Of a stretch of DNA of 46,257 nucleotides, positions 37,264 to 46,257 are shown piece after piece (the first letter of the stretch is position 1; every line of letters begins with the position of its first letter). This DNA is from Chthonomonadaceae bacterium (GTDB lineage Bacteria > Armatimonadota > Chthonomonadetes > Chthonomonadales > Chthonomonadaceae): assembly GCA_035650735.1 (NCBI GenBank), contig DASRGZ010000217.1, positions 1 to 46,257 on the forward strand, given 5' to 3'. Both the position numbers and the translations under genes were made by a program. The notes beneath the pieces were generated by a model. It had not been told where the DNA came from, ran no database searches, and worked only from the letters and a program-made list of their open reading frames with translations.

Positions 37264-37698
37264 ATGCCCAAGAGACGCATCCCTCTATGGGACTTATTGG
37301 GGCTATCGGCGGTGATAGCCTTCGTGGGAGTTCCGTCTGGGCTGGTCTATCGCCAGGTGCAGCACGAGAAGGCAAACACGGCCCTGATTGCTGCCGTCAA
37401 GAACAACGACACTGCCGGGGTGATGGCCGCCCTGAACCGGGGAGCCGACATCAATGCCAAAGACATGAATGGACGCACAGCCCTGGAACAAGCTGTGGTA
37501 GCTGAAAATGTGGAAGGCGTACGAATCTTGCTGGAAAGACATGCTAATCTGATTATTCCAACTAGTGAGGGAACGTCAATCCTTTCTGAGGCCATCAGAT
37601 TGCGCGGTGATGCCCCAGAGGAACCGGCGCTTCGGCAAATTGTGGCCTTGTTGAAGAAGGCAGGAGCAAAGGAAGAAAGGGGCCAGGGGCGACCCTAA
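37264..37698 (+). CDS. Membrane-anchored ankyrin repeat protein
   Basis: TM helix, then NTALIAAVKNND…LNRGADINAKDMNGRTALEQAV…LLERHAN; the ORF extension upstream is repeat DNA. Confidence 0.82.
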   Translation: MPKRRIPLWDLLGLSAVIAFVGVPSGLVYRQVQHEKANTALIAAVKNNDTAGVMAALNRGADINAKDMNGRTALEQAVVAENVEGVRILLERHANLIIPTSEGTSILSEAIRLRGDAPEEPALRQIVALLKKAGAKEERGQGRP

Positions 37699-38027
37699 GC
37701 GGCAAGGTCGTCTGCGGCGAAGGGGCCTGCGGATTCAGGACTTTGCTTGCGAGTCTGGCCCCACGATTCCCGAAAATCCCGGTAGGGAAGCAGGAGATAG
37801 CGCCAGGAAAGAGGAACTAATACGCCGAAGCGAGAAGGGTTTGTCAGATACCGTTTCCTTGTGTCATAATGCGTATAACGTCTCTAGCCTTCCGGGGGCG
37901 AGAGAAGGCGCAGCCAGCGGTCGTGGTGGCAGCAGCCCGCCAACGGATTCGCAGACTCTTGACTAATTATGTTTCCTGACTCCTATTTCATGTGTCCTGG
38001 CATGAGGAGGCAAAAGAGGAGGAGATC

Positions 38028-38693
38028 GTGCAACGGGTGTCTATTTTTGTGGACGGCGCGAACATGTATTACGCGCAAAAAAAGCTTGGCTGGTATATTG
38101 ACTTTCGCAAAGTCCTGTATTTCTTCGGCAAGGAAGCCGGCAATACTATCAGCGAAGCCTACTACTATACTGGGGCGGATTCCCAATCCAAGAACCGTGA
38201 CGTGGCGTTCCATGAGTATCTGATGTATTCCGGCTATACCGTTCGAACAAAGGCGATCAAGCAGATGGTGGATGATACGACCGGAGAAATTGTAGAAAAG
38301 GCCAACCTGGATATTGAACTTGTCATTGATATGTTTAACACCGTGACGCTCTATGAAACCTGTATTTTAATGAGCGGCGACGGCGATTTCGAGCGCGCCC
38401 TGGAACTGGTGCGCAGCAAGGGCAAGCGTATAGCCGTGGTAGCCCATCCCGATATGACGGCACGCGAACTGCGCAACGTCGCCGGACGAAACTACTTCGA
38501 CCTGCGCGACCTAGAGCGTTTCATCGCCCGCACGGATCGCCTGCCGGAAACGAATTCCCTGCCGGGCGCTTTTCAGGATCATCAGATGGTCGAAGGGCTG
38601 CCTGTCGGCGCCGAAGAGTCCTCTGGCTCGCAGGTGGCGGTATGGCGCACCGGGATTATCCCGGCGCAGGCAGCGCGCCAGGAACGCTATTAA
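38028..38693 (+). CDS. NYN domain protein (LabA/DUF88, PIN-like)
   Basis: IFVDGANM, KANLDIELVIDM and LMSGDGDFERA; GAGGAGGAG RBS before GTG 38028. Confidence 0.9.
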   Translation: MQRVSIFVDGANMYYAQKKLGWYIDFRKVLYFFGKEAGNTISEAYYYTGADSQSKNRDVAFHEYLMYSGYTVRTKAIKQMVDDTTGEIVEKANLDIELVIDMFNTVTLYETCILMSGDGDFERALELVRSKGKRIAVVAHPDMTARELRNVAGRNYFDLRDLERFIARTDRLPETNSLPGAFQDHQMVEGLPVGAEESSGSQVAVWRTGIIPAQAARQERY

Positions 38694-38810
38694 GGCTTCC
38701 TGGAAGCGGGACGGGGGCGAGATGCGCTGTCAGGAGCGAGCGGTCGGGGCGCAGCTGGAGGTCTCGCCATCGGCAAGCGCCGGCCTGCGGATAGACCTGG
38801 TAGGAGGACA

Positions 38811-39299
38811 GTGAGCGAGAACGGCAAGTTTGTGATCCGCGACGCGCGCATGTCCGACCGTACCCGCATCGGGGCGCTCTGGAAAGAGCTGATGACGCTT
38901 CACCAGGCGCTCGACCCGCGTTTCGTGGTGCCGGTGGACGGCGAGCAGAAGTACGTGCGGCACATCCAGGACATGTTGCGCTGCCGGGATGCGCGCGTAT
39001 TGGTCGCCGAGGAGAAGGCTACCAACACCGTGATCGGCTACCTGGTCGGTGAGCTGCAAACGCGCCCGCCCGTGGCTCTGCCCGGCCAGTACGGGTTTAT
39101 CACCGATGTCTGCGTGCAGGAAGCGTGGCGGCGGCGCGGTGTCGGACGGGCGCTCTTCGAGCAGATACGCCGCTGGTTCGTGCTGCGCAAGGCGCGCTCC
39201 ATCGAGCTTTACGTCTCCACAGCCAATCCCCATGCCGCCGCCTTCTGGCAGGAGATGGGCTTTAGCCCGTTTTTGAAACTGATGCACCTCGACCTCTAA
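38811..39299 (+). CDS. GNAT family N-acetyltransferase
   Basis: VQEAWRRRGVGRAL (motif A) and NPHAAAFWQEMGF. Confidence 0.9.
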   Translation: MSENGKFVIRDARMSDRTRIGALWKELMTLHQALDPRFVVPVDGEQKYVRHIQDMLRCRDARVLVAEEKATNTVIGYLVGELQTRPPVALPGQYGFITDVCVQEAWRRRGVGRALFEQIRRWFVLRKARSIELYVSTANPHAAAFWQEMGFSPFLKLMHLDL

Positions 39300-39319
39300 T
39301 AGACCGGGCAGACGCCCTA

Positions 39320-39556
39320 CCTCACCCCCGGCCCCTCTCCTTGCCAAGGAGAGGGGAGAACAGAAGCCGGGTCACCCCCTTCCCTCCCAGGGGCGCGAGG
39401 TGTCGCAAGGCGGAGGCAAGGGCCGTAACCTTGCCGACCCTGGCAGTGGGGCGAACCATGACAGCCCCGACCCTGGCAGTCCGTTGAGCGGCGTCCCTTG
39501 CCAGTGGCGCGAACCGTTGTAGCGCCGACCCTTGCAGTGGGGGACGGGGGGTTAGG
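39320..39556. repeat. REP-like family 1 composite hosting a stack of 45-nt elements
   Basis: The flanks cccccttccctcccaggg / gggggacggggggttagg match the empty copy at 18645-18687 minus 'aa'. Confidence 0.8.
39393..39538 (+). mobile_element. Stack of nested 45-nt mini-elements (complete inner copy 39403-39447)
   Basis: Parses as 10 + 45 + 33 + 25 + 33; the inner copy differs from 7899-7943 at one position. Confidence 0.75.
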
Positions 39557-39601
39557 TCCAGAAGGGCCGTGGGGAGCCGTTATCACGAGAGAACAAGAAA
39601 G

Positions 39602-40696
<1,095 letters not shown>

Positions 40697-40726
40697 CCTG
40701 ACCCAGTTTTGGTTGCGGGCGAATTA

Positions 40727-40858
40727 CCTAACCCCCCGGCCTCTTCCCTATCCGCTCGTCCCTCGCTAGGGAAGGGGGTGGGGGCCTTGATCGGGGGTGA
40801 GGGCAGAATCCGCGCAGGCGGGTTTTGCGCCTTGGTTGCTGCGGCTTTAGCTGCCCGG
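40727..40858. repeat. REP-like family 1 hairpin plus inverted family 2 unit (empty)
   Basis: cctaaccccccggcctcttcccta…tagggaaggggg; 40810-40858 is a diverged reverse complement of 18378-18425. Confidence 0.7.
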
Positions 40859-40968
40859 CAAGAAAGCCGATAATGAAGTCGGCGGGAGCGCGCGCTAGAA
40901 GGCACAGCCCTATCGTCCCGCCTTCGGTGTAAAGAACTCCCGGACGGCAGGAAAGGCGCAAGGCAGGC

Positions 40969-42005
<1,037 letters not shown>

Positions 42006-42196
42006 TCTCCTTATTCTCCCAGGATTAGCACCGAAAGAGATTTTCCCTCGCATCGCAACCGCCACGCCCAGCCGGAATGCGATGCAGAGGCGTCCGTCCT
42101 GCCTTTTGCCCACCTACCCTCCCATGTCGGCGCGTCCCTGTGGTATACTAGGGACGATTGCGGCCCTCATCCCATTGCTGAAGAAAGGACATTCCA

Positions 42197-43810
42197 TTGA
42201 ACATGCCAGAGACGAAGCGACGAATCGAGATCTACGACACCACCCTGCGCGACGGTTCGCAAGGCGAAGGCATTAGCTTCAGTGTCGAGGATAAGATTCG
42301 CATTGCCCGCCGTCTGGATGAGTTCGGAATGGACTTTATCGAGGGCGGCTGGCCCGGCTCCAATCCGAAGGACGAAGCCTTCTTCGAGCGCATGAAGCGG
42401 GTTCCGCTCAAGCACGCGCGCCTGACCGCCTTTGGCAGCACCCGCCGCGCGCATATCGCCCCGGAGGACGACCTGCAACTGCATAAGCTGCTGGCGGCGC
42501 AGGTGCCCGTCGTCTGCATCTTCGGCAAATCGTGGGAAGCGCATGTGCGCTACGCGCTACGGACGACGCCGGAAGAGAATCTGGCGATGATCGCCGACAG
42601 TGTTGCCTTCCTCAAGCGCCGCATCCCGACCGTCATCTACGACGCCGAGCACTTTTTTGATGGCTACAAAGCTCATCCCGAATACGCGCTGAGCTGCCTG
42701 CGCGCTGCCGCTGAGGCGGGCGCCGACCGGCTGGTGCTGTGCGACACCAACGGCGGCACGCTGCCCTACGAGCTGGCCGAGATCGTCGGGCGCGTGCGCC
42801 AGGCGTTCCCGGAGGCCCAGATCGGCATCCACACGCACAACGACGCGGAGTGCGCCGTCGCCAACGCGCTGGCTGCCGTGCGGGAAGGCGTGATGCATGT
42901 TCAGGGAACCATCAACGGCTTTGGGGAGCGGTGCGGCAACTGCAACCTGATCTCGGTGGTGGCCGCGCTGCGCCTCAAGCTCGGCTACGACTGCCTGCTG
43001 CCCCACTCGCTGGAGCACCTGACGGGCCTGTCGCAGTACGTGGACGAGATCGCCAATCTGGCCCCGGATACGCACCGTCCCTACGTCGGGCGCAGCGCCT
43101 TCGCGCACAAGGGCGGCGTTCACGCCGACGCCGTGCTCAAGGGCGCCAGCTACGAGCATATCGATCCGGAGGCGGTCGGCAACTCGCGCCGTCTGCTGGT
43201 TTCGGAGTTGGCCGGCAGCAGCAGCATCTCAGGCAAGGCGGCGGAGTACGGCTTCGACCTCAACCGCAAATCGCCGGAGGCGCGTGCGCTGCTTCAGGCT
43301 GTGGCCGAGCGCGAGCACGAGGGCTATAGCTACGAGGGCGCGGAAGGCTCCTTTGAGCTGTTGCTGATGCAGTCGGTCGGCACGTACCGCCGCCTGTTCG
43401 AGCTGAAGGGCTACCGCTGCATCGTGGAGAAGCGCGGCCACGACGAGGAGCCGATCACCGAGGCGACGATCAAGGTCGTGGTGGACGGCGAGGAGCGGCT
43501 GACGGTGGCGGAGGGCGACGGCCCGGTGCACGCGCTAGACCGCGCGCTGCGCAAGGCGCTGCTGGAGTTTTATCCCGCCCTGGCCTACATCAAGCTGACC
43601 GACTTCAAGGTGCGCGTCATCAACACGCAGGAGGGGACGGCGGCCAAAGTTCGTGTCATCATCGACTCCACCGATGGCGAGCAGTCCTGGAGCACGGTGG
43701 GCGTCTCCACCAACGTCATCGAGGCCAGCTGGCACTCCCTGGTGGATAGCGTCGTCTACGGCCTGCTGCGCTGCCAGAGCCGCCAGGCAGCCGTCGGAAG
43801 CGGGAAATAG
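42197..43810 (+). CDS. cimA: (R)-citramalate synthase (bacterial CimA-type, LeuA family)
   Basis: YDTTLRDGSQGEG, IEGGWPGSNPKD, YDAEHFFDGYK, HTHND and AFAHKGGVH, plus a regulatory domain with GDGPVHALD; alternative ATG at 42203; TGGTATACT at 42141. Confidence 0.9.
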   Translation: MNMPETKRRIEIYDTTLRDGSQGEGISFSVEDKIRIARRLDEFGMDFIEGGWPGSNPKDEAFFERMKRVPLKHARLTAFGSTRRAHIAPEDDLQLHKLLAAQVPVVCIFGKSWEAHVRYALRTTPEENLAMIADSVAFLKRRIPTVIYDAEHFFDGYKAHPEYALSCLRAAAEAGADRLVLCDTNGGTLPYELAEIVGRVRQAFPEAQIGIHTHNDAECAVANALAAVREGVMHVQGTINGFGERCGNCNLISVVAALRLKLGYDCLLPHSLEHLTGLSQYVDEIANLAPDTHRPYVGRSAFAHKGGVHADAVLKGASYEHIDPEAVGNSRRLLVSELAGSSSISGKAAEYGFDLNRKSPEARALLQAVAEREHEGYSYEGAEGSFELLLMQSVGTYRRLFELKGYRCIVEKRGHDEEPITEATIKVVVDGEERLTVAEGDGPVHALDRALRKALLEFYPALAYIKLTDFKVRVINTQEGTAAKVRVIIDSTDGEQSWSTVGVSTNVIEASWHSLVDSVVYGLLRCQSRQAAVGSGK

Positions 43811-43906
43811 ACGCAAGCGAGCGTTGTATAGCGATAATGGTAGAAGGCAGGGTCATCCAGTTCTCAGTACTTTTGCGTTTTTGGCGTCCGCGAGGACGCC
43901 TGGCTG

Positions 43907-43951
43907 TCGCAAGGCGGAGGCGCGAACCATTGCAGCGCCGCCCCTGGCAGT
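43907..43951 (+). mobile_element. Single 45-nt mini-element in a family 2 REP unit (43883-43985)
   Basis: tcgcaaggcggaggcgcgaaccattgcagcgccgcccctggcagt; flanks tggctg / ggcc compare with tggccg-ca-ggcc in the empty unit at about 36932-36943. Confidence 0.75.
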
Positions 43952-44158
43952 GGCCACCGAGACGGGTACTTTCAGTGCCCGGCGGCGAGCACGGGAAAAC
44001 TGAATGGCCCTGGGGAGAAGGCTGCCGCGCAGGGAAGTACCTCTTGAGGTTCGAACATCCCTGCGCGGCAGCTTTTATTTATGGCGTGTTCGAATGTAAG
44101 GTGTTCTTGCAAGCGAGGGGACGTTTATTAAGAAAACGGTTATCCTCTCAGGAGAGAC

Positions 44159-46003
44159 TTGATGGAGAATACGCGCAGCCTGGCCGACCTGATAGCAGCC
44201 CTGGAACATGAGGACGAAGCGGTCTATTTTAATGCGGCGGTCGAGCTGGCGCTCCGGCAAGAGCCGGCGGCCATTCCTGTTCTGATCCGGGCATTGGGCC
44301 ATGAGAGTGGGCCGATCCGGCACTATCATGTCTTGAACGCCCTCAAGGCGCTCGGAGAGCCGGCGGTCCCGGCCTTGCTGGCTGTGCTGGAGGAAGAGGG
44401 AAGCGGATGCGCCAGTGCCGCGCATGCGCTCTATCAGATCGATCCGGCCTGGCAGCAGATCGCCGTCGCGGCCCTTATGCAGGCATTGCAGGACGACAGG
44501 GAGACGGTGCGCGGAGATGCCGCCCATGTGTTAGGAGAGATGGGAGAAGCGGCAAAAGCCGCCGCGCCGGCGTTGATGGAGGCGCTCCAGAACGAGCAGG
44601 AGACGGCGGCTGTGCGCGGCCAGGCGGCGCGCGCTCTGGCGGCCATCGGAGAGATCCATCCTCAGAGCGGGCCGGCTCTCCTACAGGTGCTAAGGAGTGA
44701 GGACTGGACGGCCCGCCGCGCGGCCTCGCAGCTATTGACGCAGAGACAAGAAGTGGCTCAGTCCATCTTGCCGGATCTGATCCGGCTGCTGGCCGATCGG
44801 CGCGAGCCTTCCGAAGTCCGCGTAGACGCGGCGCAGGTGCTGGGCGCGCTTAGCGGAGCGGCGCCGCAGAGCGTTCCTCCGCTGATAGCCGCCCTGAAGG
44901 ACCCGGACTGGTGGGTGCGTGTCTATGCGGCGCGGGCGCTGGCCGCGCTGGGCCCGGCTGCCTCGGAGGCAGTCTCTGCGTTAATAGCAGCCTTGCAGGA
45001 TTCAGAGTTGAATGTGCGCCGCAACGCGGCGTATGCCCTGGCGCAGATCGGGCAGGCAGCCCAGGAGGCGATCCCTGCGCTGATAGAGGCATTGGACAGG
45101 GCCGTTATCGGCGGCATTGCAGCGGAAGCGCTGGCAAAGATCGGTCCCGCAACCCTGCCCGCACTGCGACTGGCGCTGGCAGAGGCGAGCGAGGATGGGC
45201 GTCGTAAGGCGGCGTATGCGCTGCAAAAGCTGGATACCCCGGAGGCCCGGCAAGTAGGGGAGACATGGGAAAAGGAGAGCGGGCAGAAAGCCTTTGCTCC
45301 CTCCTATGCCGACTTCTTTCCGCTCGCGACGGAAATCGCCCTCAATGACGCCGAAGCACAGGAGTTTGAGGCGCTGTTGCGCTCCACTCTAGAGCGGGGA
45401 ACGGGCAGCGTTATGGACTATCGGAGCGTCTATCCCAAGCACAAATTCCTCTACTACATGGTGCAGAAGCATAACTGCATGCTGCACGGCTCCAATCGGC
45501 TGGATATCACAGTGATGAACCCGATCCGCCGGTCGCTGGAAGCAAAGGAAGGGAACCCGCTTGGAAATATTAATGGCGTCTACGCGACACCCGATGCGAT
45601 CTGGCCGATGTTCTTCGCCATCGTTGACCGCATGAATCATAATGTCTGGCTTATCAACGGCCCGGTGGAAGAGCCGGAGGCAGAAGGGGGAAGGAAGTAC
45701 TATCACTTCTCTATCAACGTAGAAAGCCTGCGGAAGCGGCCGTATAAGGATGGAATGATCTACATTCTTCCCGGCAAGACCTTCGAGGATGCTGGAGGCG
45801 CCGAGCGAGCCAGCCGGTCGCCGGTACGGCCGCTTGTCAAGCTGCCCGTCGCTCCTGCGGATTTTCCTTTCCTGGCCGAGATGCGCGGCTTCGATTCGCG
45901 CCATCCGGGCTGGATCTCACCAGAAGGCTTTGTCTTCCTGAACGAAGTCGAAAAGTATCCTGTCCGCACGCTGCCTTCCCAAAAGCAGGAAATGGGAGAA
46001 TGA
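44159..46003 (+). CDS. HEAT/PBS-lyase repeat protein with an uncharacterised C-terminal domain
   Basis: About 10 repeats of the type VPPLIAALKDPDWWVRVYAARALAALG over the first ~370 aa, then a distinct globular domain (LHGSN…GVYATPD); start TTG 44159 or ATG 44162. Confidence 0.85.
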   Translation: MMENTRSLADLIAALEHEDEAVYFNAAVELALRQEPAAIPVLIRALGHESGPIRHYHVLNALKALGEPAVPALLAVLEEEGSGCASAAHALYQIDPAWQQIAVAALMQALQDDRETVRGDAAHVLGEMGEAAKAAAPALMEALQNEQETAAVRGQAARALAAIGEIHPQSGPALLQVLRSEDWTARRAASQLLTQRQEVAQSILPDLIRLLADRREPSEVRVDAAQVLGALSGAAPQSVPPLIAALKDPDWWVRVYAARALAALGPAASEAVSALIAALQDSELNVRRNAAYALAQIGQAAQEAIPALIEALDRAVIGGIAAEALAKIGPATLPALRLALAEASEDGRRKAAYALQKLDTPEARQVGETWEKESGQKAFAPSYADFFPLATEIALNDAEAQEFEALLRSTLERGTGSVMDYRSVYPKHKFLYYMVQKHNCMLHGSNRLDITVMNPIRRSLEAKEGNPLGNINGVYATPDAIWPMFFAIVDRMNHNVWLINGPVEEPEAEGGRKYYHFSINVESLRKRPYKDGMIYILPGKTFEDAGGAERASRSPVRPLVKLPVAPADFPFLAEMRGFDSRHPGWISPEGFVFLNEVEKYPVRTLPSQKQEMGE

Positions 46004-46120
46004 GGAAAGTAGGGAGCGCATGAGCCGGGCACAGAGCGTACCCGGCTCACAGGACGCGAGGACGTTGCCGGTTTAGATACACAATCCGGCAGCGGAAGGA
46101 GCCTTGCCGCTCAGGTCAGT

Positions 46121-46257
46121 CTAGAGAGTGTTATGCTCTTTTTTGCCTGCTTCGAGAGAGGACTTGGAGGCTGATGACCGCTTGGTGCTTGCTAAAAAGC
46201 GAGCACCAAGCCTCTAATGAGCGGCTGGCCTATCTCCTCAAGAGGACCCAAGTGCAT
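46121..46257. mobile_element. Second MITE copy, truncated by the window end
   Basis: 137 nt match 19378-19514 with 3 substitutions and start with CTAG. Confidence 0.9.

Noticed and set aside
44049..44106. gttcgaac / tgttcgaa motifs as a LexA (SOS) box upstream of the HEAT gene
   Set aside because: Spacing fits neither GAAC-N4-GTTC nor GTTC-N7-GTTC; only an 8-bp inverted repeat of uncertain meaning remains.
46021..46049. Hairpin tgagccggg…cccggctca as an intrinsic terminator
   Set aside because: No T-tract; it resembles 16567-16584 (ccgggtacggagcgtacccg) and may be another small REP-like repeat, with too few copies here to call.

Overview
GC-rich bacterial chromosomal segment, most consistent with an Armatimonadota (Chthonomonadales-like) or similar PVC-like organism. 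This is inferred from the N-methylation/H-X9-DG prepilin-like protein, a dockerin-tailed secreted protein and the DUF1501/DUF1549/DUF1553/cytochrome-c-WD40 genes. It carries about 36 mostly metabolic or housekeeping CDSs (gpmA, mqnD, ygfZ, zwf, rapZ-yvcK, ftcd, leuB, a P-II protein, cimA, a sugar-oxidation operon). I found no rRNA, tRNA, transposase or cas gene. The main signal is non-coding. (1) A 45-nt structured mini-element (TCGCAAGGCGGA-variable hairpin-GACCCTGGCAGT) occurs at 7 loci. It sits inside REP-like hairpins and inside copies of itself, usually in place of 2 nt of target, forming nested stacks whose lengths add up exactly in the intact cases. (2) A 145-bp MITE with CTAG at both ends splits a retropepsin-like gene, and removing it restores the reading frame; a second copy runs off the window end. 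All calls come from reading motifs by eye; no database searches were run.
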